From the human T2T-CHM13v2.0 reference genome, Homo sapiens: a DNA stretch of 64,000 bases. The notes under the pieces were generated by a model, which was not told the DNA's origin, made no database searches, and worked only from the letters and a program-made list of their open reading frames with translations. Location: NCBI RefSeq assembly GCF_009914755.1, contig NC_060930.1; one strand, 5' to 3'. Shown piece by piece: positions 12,281-24,238 of the stretch. Positions within the stretch are counted from its first letter, which is position 1, and the number at the start of each line of letters is the position of its first letter. Position numbers and translations under genes: made by a program.

Positions 12281-13545
12281 AGCTGGTGCCCGGTAACAAA
12301 TACACTGATGGGGCTCCTTGCTCTCATTTCACTACAGGCGGAAAACAACTTCTGTAGAGTGGATTCTCCTCTCACTTATTATTTCTGTGCACAGTGTTAG
12401 CATAGATAAGAAACAGTTCCTACCTTCTGGAAATTTAGTTTTTACAACTTTATCTCTTATGGAAATGAATGAACTTGTTTCATGAGACTACTTTAGCTCC
12501 TGAAATCTCAGTTGAAAAAGAAAAATGAGAACTGTAAAGAAGCGGAGCTACTTGAAAAGGCCCCGCTGGACACGTCTGCAGGTTGGTTCGCACAGATGTC
12601 TCCCCTAGCTGCTGCCTCCTTTACTCTCTGATTGATTTCCCCTTAACCCTGAGTGTGAATGTCCACTTTTGTTTTTCGAGTAAAACTGAGGCTCTGGTTT
12701 CCAAATCTACCATCAAGATTAATTTATTTCTTTCTGTAGTTGTAGACTGTCAGCTTCCTGTTTTTAATCCCACCAGCTTCCGGTCAAAGATTTTTGCCAT
12801 ATTTTCTTCCTGTGTTTGAGTAGCTGAACCCCCTATGTATCATCAAAAGAGCATGGCCTGCAGTTTTATGGAAACAAAGCAAGAATTTTAAAAGAGAAAT
12901 GTGATCCTAGATGAGGTCAGACAGAAGTCCAGCTTTCTGTGTCCAAGGTTTACCTAATTGAGTTGAATAATGGCTGTGCCTACTTCTGACAGCCTTGCTG
13001 TTTCTTTGCATAATATCTGCTTCATTGTCTTGATGTAGACAGAATATAATGCCATTAAAATGCCAGATGATGGTTTTGAACCAAGATGAACCATTCCAAA
13101 TTGCCAGATTCTGTAATATCATTTTAATTATAATGTCTTCTCAAACATGGTTACCCCGAAGTATTAAAATAATGGTTCTTAATTACAGGTTCCTTTGGGT
13201 AAAATAGACAAAAATCATGCTGCACTTGTAGATCTTGTGCATTTACACGGAATTTGAAGAAATTAATGACATCTGACATGTATTAGGTAAACAGGCATAC
13301 CTTGGAGGTACTATGGGTTTGGTTCCAGACCATTGCAATAAAGTGAGTCAAGAACTTTTTGGTTTCTCAGTGCATATAAAAGTTACGTTTACTAAAGTAT
13401 GCAATAGCATTATGTCTAGAAGAATATATATACCTTAAAAATACTTTGTTGCTAAAAAATGCTAACAGTCACCTGAGCCTTCAGTGAATTGTAATGTTTT
13501 TGCTGGAGAAGGTTTTGCTTGTGTGGAAGCTGATGGCTGCTGTGA

Positions 13546-13902
<357 letters not shown>

Positions 13903-14160
13903 TAAGACAACAGTGAGGTTTACCACATCAATTGACCCTTTCTTTCATGAGTGATTTCTCTGTGGCATGCAATGCTGTTTGATAGCATTTTACTCACAGT
14001 AGAACTTGTTTTAAAATTGGAGTCAATTGTCTTCAGCCCTCCCACTGCTTTATCAGGTAAGTTTACGAAATATTCTAAATCATTTGTTATGACTCAAGGG
14101 ACATTAAAAAAAAAAGAAAAACAATCTTTTATTGTCATTTCAACCAGGTTCACAGTGTCT

Positions 14161-14908
14161 TTTTTTTTTAAATTATATTTTAAGTTCTAGGGTACATGTG
14201 CACAACATGCAGGTTTGATACAAAGGTATACATGTGCCATGCTGGTTTGCTACACCCATCAACTCATCATTTACATTAGGTATTTCTCCTAATACTATCC
14301 CTCCCCCAGCCCCCACCGCCCGACAGGCCCCGGTTTGTGATGTTCCCTGCCCTGTGTCCAAGTGATCTCATTGTTCAATTCCCACCTTTGAGTGAGAAGA
14401 TGCGGTGTTTGGTTTTCTGTCCTTGTGATAGTTTGCTGAGAATGATGGTTTCCAGCCTCATCCATGTCCCTGCAAAGGACATGAATTCATCCTTTTTTAT
14501 GGCAGCATAGTATTCCATGGAGTATATGCACTACATTTTCTTAATCCAGTCTATCATTGATGGACATCTGGTATGGTTCCAAGTCTTTGCTATTGTGAAT
14601 AGTGCTGCAATAAACATACATGTGCATGTGTCTTTATAGTAGCAGGATTTATAATCCTTTGGGTATATACCCAGTAATGGGATTGCTGGGTCAAATGGTA
14701 ATTCTAGTTCTAGATCCTTGAGGAATCGCCACACTGTCTTCCACAATGGTTGAACTACTTTACACTCCCACCAACAGTGTAAAAGTGTTCCTATTTCTCC
14801 ACATCCTCTCCAGCATCTGTTGTTCCCTGACTTTTTAATGATTGCCATTCTAACTGGCGTGAGATGGTATCTCATTGTGGTTTTGCCTTGCATTTCTCTG
14901 ATGACCAG
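14161..14908 (-). mobile_element. 5'-truncated L1PA (ORF2 C-terminus plus 3' UTR) nested in Tigger1
   Basis: ORF 14531..14983 carries L1 ORF2 C-terminal [33 protein letters not shown]; TSD gttcacagt(g/a)tct at 14148-14160 and 14912-14924. Confidence 0.93.
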
Positions 14909-15193
14909 CATGTTCACAGTATCTTTATCAGAAGTAGATTCCATCTCAAGAAACTTCTTTCTTTGCTCATCCATAAGAAGCAACTTCTCATTTGTTAAAA
15001 GTTTTTTCGTGGATTACAACAATTCATTCACATTTTCAGGCTCCACTTTTAATTCTAATTCTATTGCTGTTTTCACCATATCTGCAGTTACTTCCTCCAC
15101 TAAACTCTTATACCCTTCAAGGTCATCCATGAGGTTTGGAATCAACTTTTTTGGAACTCCTGTTGATGTTGATATTTTGACCTCTTCCCGTGA

Positions 15194-15589
<396 letters not shown>

Positions 15590-17339
15590 ACAAAATATAT
15601 TTCTTAATAAGACTTGAAAGTCAAACCTATTCCTGGATCCATGGGCTGCAGAATGGATATTGAATTAGTAGGCATGAAAACAACATGGATTTTTTTGTAC
15701 TTCTCCATCAGAACTCTTGTGTGGCCAGGTGCATTGTTAATGAGCAGTAACATTTTGACAGGAATCTCTTTTTCTGAGCAGTAGGTCTCAACAGTGGGCT
15801 TAAAATATTCAGTAAACCATTCTGTAAATAGATCTGCTATCACCCAGGCTTTCTTGTTCTATTGTGGAGTGCAAGCAGGGAGATTTAGCATCATTCTTAA
15901 GGGCCTTGGGTTTTTGGAATGGAACATCAGCACTGATTGGCCTCAACTTAGAGTCACCAGCTGCATTAGCCACTAACAAGAGAGGCAGCCTGTCCTTTGA
16001 AGCTTTGAAGCCTGCCATTGACTTCTCCCTAGCTAAGAAAGTGCTAGATGACATCTTCTTCCAGTAGGAGGCTCTTTCATCTACATTGAAAATCAGTTGT
16101 TTAGTGTAGCCATCTTCATCAATGATCTTAACTATATCTTCTGGATAACTTGCTTCAGCTTCTTCATCAGCACTTGCTCCTTCATCTTGTACTTTTACGT
16201 TATGGAGACAACTTTCCTTAAACCTCATGAACCAACGTTTGGTAGCTTCCAACTTCAGCTTCCTCCCCTCTCTCAGCCTTGATAGAATTGAAGAGAGTTA
16301 AAGCCTTGTTCTGGATTAGGCTTTGGCATAGGGAATGTTTCATTCCAGACCACTAAAACTTTCTGCATCTCAGGGATAAAGTTGTTTCACTTTCTCATCA
16401 TTCACATGTTCATGGAAGTAGCGCTTTTAACTTCCTTCAATAACTTTTCCTTTGCATTTGCAATTTTGCTAATTTTTTTGTTGCAAAAGGCCTAATTTTT
16501 AGCCTGTCTTGGCTTTCCATGTGCCTTTCTCACTAAGCTTGTTTCTAGCTTTTGATTTAAAATGAGAGATGTGCGACTATTCCTTTTACTTGAACACTTA
16601 GAGGCCATTGCAGGGTTATTAATTGGCCTAATTTCAATATTGTTGTGTCTCAAGTAATGGGCTTGGTGAAAGGGAGAGACAGAGAGGAATGGTTGTCAGT
16701 GGAGCAGTGAGATCACACACACTTTTAAGTAGCTAAGTTTGCTGTCTTATATGGGTGTGATTCATGGTCCCCCAAAATAGTTACAATAGTAACATCAAAG
16801 ATCACTGATCACGTCACCAAAACAAATATTATAATAATGAGGAAGTTTGAGATATTGTGAGAATTACCAGAATGTGGCACAGAGACAGGAAGTGAGCACA
16901 TGCTGTTGGAAAAATGGCACTGATAGATTTGCTTAATGCAAGGTTGCCACAAAGCTTCAATTGGCAAAAAATGCAATACCTGTGAGTATAATACAATAAA
17001 ATGAGGTATGTCGGAACCTGATTATGTCTTAGTCATAAAACTTACAAAGAAGTAGGAGGAATATTTTCCATGCCAACAGAATGTATTTAAATGATTTGAT
17101 ATGTATTTGAGGTTTTCTCTAGGAGTAGAACAACCCAACCAGGCAACCTCCCAGGCCCTAGCATATTTTATCTGGAATACATCCATTCAATCAGAAAATG
17201 TAAATAACTGGGAACATTTTCTTCCAGTCTCTGCAAGGTGATGGAAATTCATAAGAATGACTGAGAGCATTGTATGTAGCAGAGTGCCTTGAAATCATTA
17301 AAGATGAAACTATATTCAATACAAGTTAATATATTTATT

Positions 17340-18610
17340 TCACCACCTCTCACCCACGTCCTGTCATGGTACTGGGTGACTGACACCCTGACACCCTTCC
17401 TCACAGCTCATGACCTCTTCACCTCTACCCTACTTCCACTTGCTTTTGTGGCCACATGACCTTGTCATCTCCTGGAACAGCTTATTCCATGGTGAAAAAA
17501 CAGCCCTCCCCCTCTGACTACAGCCTTTCACTTCCTCTCCCCTGGAAGTACCAGTATTTGGACTTTTTCAAGGCCTCCAGACTGGGGGTGGCTTGGCTTT
17601 CTCTTCTTCTGCCACCCCCATCCTGCCTTCCTGTCCATTCTTAACTGCTCAGCCCACAACATCCATGACTTCACCTAGGCCTTGTCAGTATCCTCTGCTC
17701 CTTCTGTCCACACTGTTTTTCTGACACACCCACCTGGAAATCCTGCATCCTGCAGCAAGCCAGCTGCCCACCTCTCCATATACATTTTGGCTGCTGAGGG
17801 CTGCAGGAGGAAATCCCACAGCTATTTAGCCCTGAACCACCAAGAATCCATGATCTTCACTCTCAGCTGGACTCTTAACAGTCCTGGAAAGTTCTTTTTT
17901 ATTTTTCAAGCTATGTTTTCTATTTCTCAATTTTGTAGAAAATTGAGAGCAAATACCTACACAGGCAGATATTTGTTCACAGTGCCCATCTAATCATCAC
18001 GTACTCATCTGTTTACAGTCTGCCATGGCTCCTCATTGCCCTGAGAATAAAATCAAAATCCTTTTATTTGACCTGTGAGGCGCACCATGGCCTGGGATTT
18101 TGCCTTGCTCCCCAGATTCTTCTGTTACTCCTTTCTTTATCACACATCATTTGCCAACTATTTTGAACTAGATTGAATTTCTGGTAAGCATGGGCTTTCT
18201 CATCTTTGGGGGTGTGCTGTTCCTTTATCTGAAACACTTTCCTGGCCCCTAGCTCACACCTCCTCTCACCATGCTTCACCTGATTGTCTCTTTTTGCCCT
18301 CCTGTGGGTCTTAGCAGAGATATATTTTATACCAAAGAGCATTTCCAACTCCCTACGTCCCACCTCTTCTCCTCACCAGGGAATAAGCTAAGTGCCCCTT
18401 CTTTGCCCTCGCTTTCGCCCTGAACTTTCCTTGTGTTAGTTCTCTTCCACTAGTGCCTGGTTATTCGTCTGTTTCTCACAGTAGACTGCTAGCTTTGCGA
18501 GGGCAGGGGCAGCATCTGTGTTTAATCATGGTTGTATGCCTGGTACCTGGTTTTGGGTCTTGGCACTCTGTAGATCTTTCATAAAAATTTTTTGAGTGAA
18601 TTAATGAATT
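17340..18610 (+). mobile_element. L2 fragments
   Basis: pyrimidine-rich L2-like body ending in ...gagtgaattaatgaat. Confidence 0.55.
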
Positions 18611-18697
18611 CATAAACTATTCATTAAATGATTACTCTGTGATAACTAATGACAGTATCAGTTAACATATATTGACATTACCACACACCAGGGATTC

Positions 18698-18957
18698 TTC
18701 TTTTTTTTTTTTTTTTTGGAGAGTCTCCCTCTGTCACCTAGGTTGGAGTGCAGTGGTGCAATCTAACTGCAGCCTCTACCTCCCATGCTCAAGCAATCCT
18801 CAGCCTCCTGAGTGGCTGGGACTATAGGCACATACTACCACACCTGGCTAATTTTTGTATAGATGGTGTTTCGTCACATTGCCCAGGCTGGCCTTGAATT
18901 CCTGGGCTCAAGTAATCGCCTGCCTTGGCCTCCCAAAGTGCTGGAATTACAGGCTCA
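18698..18957 (-). mobile_element. Alu (AluJ-like)
   Basis: polyT plus degenerate dimer. Confidence 0.9.
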
Positions 18958-19673
18958 GCCCTGGGGGGGTTATTCTAATAACTTGATAGGTACTATTATC
19001 ATTTTTTCTCACAATAACCCTATGGGATAACATCTCAGAAACTGACAAATTCAGAAATGTGTCAGTTCCTGAAAAAGGAAACTTTGGGATGGTTGGCTGT
19101 ACTTTTAACCACTACTCTGTCTTGTCTCTGCATGTGTGGGCATGAACTTTGTTAGGTTCTGAGGAGGAGGATGGGGGGTTGGGAGGAGCTGCATATGTTC
19201 TCTGCCCCAGAAGAATCATGGCCCAGGGGAAGAGGTAGCAAAAGGAACAACTATTCCAGTATGACTTGATCAGTTTCTTGATGGACATGTGTGCAAGGCA
19301 CTATAGAAGGACAGAAGAGATTTTTACTTTAATTAATTGAAAATTAGTAATTTATATTTGGTATATACGTAATCTAATAATTCATTAAGTGGAGCAACTT
19401 TTCAAACTATTCTAACAAAATCTAACATTATAAAACTATAACATGGAGACTGCATTGCTAAATACCTTTCATCTACAAAGGAAAGTTATAGGGATTTATT
19501 ATGTTTTCTAGATTTCTAGCTCTCTAGTGCTCAAAAAAATTGAAAATTGAAAAATTGAAGAAAAACTGAAATTGAAGTGACACTCATCTTTGTTGAAGAA
19601 AAAGGAATGTGACAAAATTTATTTCTATGTGCAGTCAAAAAGTGTGGTTTGTGAAATGTGTTGTTGTTGTTGA

Positions 19674-19793
<120 letters not shown>

Positions 19794-20122
19794 TAAAACT
19801 GAAATGTGAATAGCTGGATGGATATCCCCCTGCCAGGAAGTTAAGTCTATTCCTAGTGTGCTACTGTAAAGGTGCAATTAGTTTCAAGGTGTAATTAGCA
19901 GCGCACAGACTTTAGATTGGTGGACAAAAGTCCTATATTTAAGCTGTATTGCATCCTGCTATGTACTTACTATAGAACAGGGAGGAGAATCTTTGCTGTT
20001 TTCCCCCCTAAAAAGGAAAAGGATAATCAGCATTGTCAACATCGGCCATATTTAAGCTTTAAAATTTTAATTTAAACATCATTTTGCCAAAGACCTGTCA
20101 GTGTTTTTGTTGTATGTTTCAG

Positions 20123-20193
20123 GTGGATTTTCTCAGATGTATGCCTGTGTTTGTGACTGGCTTGGATTTTCATACAGGGAAGAAGTACAATGG
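20123..20193 (+). CDS. CARMIL1: CARMIL1 coding exon (probably exon 7), [23 protein letters not shown]
   Basis: gtttcag acceptor, TGG|gtaaga donor, 71 nt; embedded in ORF 20101..20325. Confidence 0.96.
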
Positions 20194-20421
20194 GTAAGAA
20201 TGTCTGTGTACATGTGCATGAGCACACACACTCCTGGAGAATATTCTAATGTTTGGCTGGCTTGTTTTTCTTTTTTTCCCTTCATTTATTTTTCACTTAA
20301 AATCTTCACTTCTCAGATTACATAAAAACCTGCCATTGTCATTGTCTAATTCTCACTGTCTCTCTTGCTTTCCTGGTCATCTGCATGGACTGATGACATG
20401 ACTGAATTATATTTCAAATAG

Positions 20422-20495
20422 GATGTGGATACAATTTATCTTACCCAAGACACCAGGGAATTGAATTTACAAGATTTTAGTCATCTTGACCACAG
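20422..20495 (+). CDS. CARMIL1: CARMIL1 coding exon (probably exon 8), DVDTIYLTQDTRELNLQDFSHLDH(R)
   Basis: caaatag acceptor, CAG|gtaagc donor, 74 nt, phase 0 to 2. Confidence 0.96.
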
Positions 20496-20503
20496 GTAAG
20501 CTG

Positions 20504-20826
20504 CTTCCTTCCTTCTTTCCTCCTTTCCTCCCTCCCTTCCTCCCTCCCTTCCTCCCTCCCCTCCCCTCCCCTTCCCTCCCCTCCCCTTCCCTCCCCTCCC
20601 TTCCCTTCCCTTCTCTTTTCTCTTTTTTCTTTTCTTTTCTTTTTTCTTTTCCTTCTCTTCTCCTCTCCTCTCCTCTCCTCTCCTCTCCTCTCCTCTCCTC
20701 TCCTCTCCTCTCCTCTTCTCTCCTCTCCTCTCCTCTCTTCTCTTCTCCTCTCCCCTCTCCCCTCTCCCCTCTCCCCTCTCCCCTCTCCCCTCTCCCCTCT
20801 CCCCTCTCTCCTCTCTTCTCTTTCCT
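20504..20826. repeat. 323-nt pure C/T compound microsatellite (CCTT, CCCT, CTCCT, CTCCCCT units)
   Basis: no A or G between 20504 and 20826. Confidence 0.97.
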
Positions 20827-21829
20827 GCAGTTCTCTGTTGGCACTTAGGGCTGTACATTATCTCCAAAGAATTGTTTTATAAGAGGAATCAGTACAATCT
20901 AAGAATCTCTAGATTTTTGCCTTTCAAGTTATAGTTTCAAATATGTTTATCACTGTGGATGACTTGTGGAGGTCCACAGTGCATGTGTGTATCCAAAATC
21001 CAGAGTTCGTAGTTAGAAAATGTGCTGAATTTTACCATAAAAACAGTATAATTCTTAGGTTCTTATGTCAGCCTACAAAAGTCTGTCTATTCTACCCTGT
21101 CTATAAAATGTAGTATTATTTTACCTAATTGCCATTTAGAACATTTTTTCAAGGATGAACTTTAATACTGAAATTCTGAGATATGACTTTTAGTTCAGAG
21201 TTTATGAATTGGGCATTGGTAGGGTGTATATGTGTATGTTGGTGAAAATCAGTTTGCCAGTATCTGCCATGTGATAGTGATAATAAAGTCATGAAACCTG
21301 TTACAAGTTATTTGAGAAACTTTTAGGTTTAAGATCTTGACTTGAATATATTTAGGGCTATGGCTTGTGAGATTCAGACCTCAGAGAAAAGCTTCATTTT
21401 TCCCCATGTCTCTTAGCACAGCAGACCTGGCAAATTTATTTTGCTCTCTAACAGTCGAGCCCGGCCCTATTCCAGAGTGTCTGGTAATTTATCTTGGCCT
21501 ATCCCAATCTCTTCAATTCTGGATGTGCTGCTACTTATTAGTAGCAGGGGTAGCAGGGGTCAGCCCTACTTAATAAACTCCAGCCCTACTTAATAAATTA
21601 GTAGCAGGTAGGCAGGGGTCAGCCCTACTTAATAAACTCCAACCCAATAAATCTTTTCTCTCTGATTGGAATTGGGAGAGAAATCTGGGATTCCAGCTAT
21701 ATCATTTGTGCCATTTGGACAACTGAAGTGTCACAGAGGATTGTTGTTGCCCATATGTCATCTCATCACTAGCATCTTGCCCCCTCCCCCCCCCCCCAGA
21801 ATACTGTTTTGAATTATTTTTCCACCTAC

Positions 21830-22078
21830 CTGGCAGGAAATCCAGAATTGCAGTGTGGTCCCTGAAGAGCTCTAGCCAACTGAATCGGCCAGGGAAAAAG
21901 TATACTAGCTGGATATACCTCCTCTTTGCACAGCCTGGGACTACGGAAGATGGTGAAGCAGGCTCAGCTGTGTCTGTAGTTGTGGCTGATGGGCCTAAAG
22001 CCTCCAGTTCTCAGGCAATTTTTTTTTTTTCCTGCTTAGAGCAGTTCTCCTTCTTCCTATAAGTGAGGCAACTTTATA
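21830..22078 (-). promoter_or_regulatory. Candidate antisense TATA promoter and non-coding first exon
   Basis: minus-strand TATAAA 22078-22073, ATG-free stretch, donor CAG|GTAGGT at 21830/21829. Confidence 0.5.
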
Positions 22079-22222
22079 CTTTCAAATTTAGACAAGATGT
22101 TTCCTGTGTAGCTCATAAAAAAGTGAACTGAGAAAGAAAAAGGGAAAATATTTTACTTTGTAAGTATTTTCCAATAAAACAAGAAAATTGCACGTGGAAT
22201 AAGATAGAAGTTTACAGTCCTC

Positions 22223-23622
22223 CAGTGTTTGGTCTCAGCGTTTTTGGTCCCTTTACAATCTTAAAAATGATCGATCTTTGGTTTTTGTGGGTCAAAACAT
22301 TGGTATTTACAATATTATAAATTAAAACTAAAATTTGAAATATTTATTAATTAAAAAGTGACACTAATAAAGCAAACCATTACGTACTAACATAGGTACT
22401 GTTTTTATGAAAAAGTAAATATATTTTCCAAAACAAAAATAAATCAGCAAGAAGAGTGGCATTGGCTTATCTTTTTGCAGATCTTTTTAATGTTTGACTT
22501 AATAGAAGACAAGTGGATGCTCATATCTACTTCTGCATTCACAAAATTGTGATATGTTGTTTTGACTGAAGTATGAAAAGAAAATCCAGCCTTAAAGATG
22601 TGTAGTTAGGAAGTATTTTCAATAGCCTTTTCACATAATTGTGGCTATTCTTCCTTGGTACTTCACCAAAACTCAACAAGTGGTGGTTTCTTAAAGATAA
22701 GTTGCAATGTAGAATCAGAACCATATCAATGAACTTTTTTGTATTTTGTTACATTAAAGTCTGTTTGGTCTATCTTCTCCTTTGACTGGGTCTTATCCAT
22801 ACATAATTTTGTAGCATTGTACATTGGTAACTTAGAAAATATTGGTTCATTGAGTTATACATAGCTTTCAAGTATCTTCCTCTTGTATAATAGCAAAAGA
22901 AAAAAGAAAGACATTTCATAACTATCATCACTGATATTATAAAAGTTTTTTGAAGTACTTCAGAGGTGTTGAGCTCATAGTAGCAGACAAAAGTTTTCCA
23001 AAATTTAAATTTTTGCTTGAAAGATACAATTTTACTATTGGAAAAAAAAAAACAAACATATTATCAGGTGAAGTGATATCTTGAAGTGACCAGATTACTT
23101 CTTAGATTTTAGAGGGAATGTCTACCAAATCCCAAATCTAAATAACTATACGTTGTCATTTTTTTGTGATAGTCCACTGAAAAAAAGGAGCTGGTTCTGC
23201 TTAAAAATGCAACTATCACACAAACACTTTACATTGAGACAGTGATCCCTTTGATATATAGAGGAACATACTTCCCATTTTGAACTTACTTCTCATTCTG
23301 TTACACAGGATATTAAAATGTTTGTACTCAAGAGCTAAAATTTAATAAAATGAGTAATGTTTACTGCTTCACTGAGGACATTCTAAAATGAAATTGATGT
23401 TTGTTTAAAAAACTAGGAGCTTGTGCCAGTGAAGACTCCCGCCTTGGCTTGTGCTCAGGTGCTAGCAGTTTTCCCCACCATTGCTTTTGCACCTTCCATG
23501 CAAAGGGCAACACAGTGAAAGGATAAGTTTGTTTTAGAGTTGTTATGAAAACGATTTTGAACCTGTGAACCTCCTGAATGAATCTCAGGGTCCCCAAGGG
23601 TAAATCCTTGGAGAACATCTGG
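22223..23622. mobile_element. Charlie1a-like hAT DNA transposon
   Basis: start tttggtctcag...ccctttacaatcttaaaaat and end ...agggtccccaaggg...ggagaacatctg resemble recalled Charlie1 termini; about 1.4 kb. Confidence 0.72.
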
Positions 23623-24031
23623 CCTACGGGAGTGAAGACACTGTAGGGCAGCTTGAGGCGTTTTTTTTGGACTTACTTTATTATGCCATAATGATTTTTA
23701 TAGCATTGATAGGTATGTATAGGGTCAGTGCTAAACTTTTCAGCTAATCCACCATGTTTAATTTGGTCTCATCCACCAACTAACCCACCACGTTTAATTA
23801 ACCTGTCAGCAAAGGGAAACTATATTTAAATAAGCCACTAAATACAGTTACCTGAAATATGTAGCAAGAGAAATTTGTCAAACCTTTTAGAAAAATTATT
23901 TACTAATTCCTTAGTTGGAGAATTTTCAGTTCATCAGTAAAGACTGAATTAGTGGGGTAGACCCAAATCATCTACTTTTCTTGCTTAATTAAGGGGCTGG
24001 AAGGACATTTGTCATTATTGAGACTCTAGTG

Positions 24032-24238
24032 GAGGATTTGGAAAACTTTTTTTTTGTCAAGGACCAGATAGTAAATATTTTAGACTTTATGAGTCAGACA
24101 GTTGCTGTTGCAATTATACAATTCCACTGTGGTAGCTTGAAAGCAGACCTAGACAATGTATGAATGAGTATTGCTATGTTCTGATAAAACTGTATTTGCA
24201 CAGATAGGTGTCACGGGCTGTAGTCTGCTGATACCTGC
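24032..24238. mobile_element. MER58A-like hAT MITE
   Basis: aaggaccagatagtaaatattttagacttt ... ataaaactgtattt ... gggctgtagtctgctgatacctg. Confidence 0.75.

Noticed and set aside
20467-20867. Low-complexity ORFs rich in R/G/E or P/S/L
   Set aside because: Artefacts of the stop-free pyrimidine microsatellite.
21538-21645. Direct repeats with spacers resembling a CRISPR array
   Set aside because: Eukaryotic intron, irregular overlapping duplications, no unique spacers and no cas genes.
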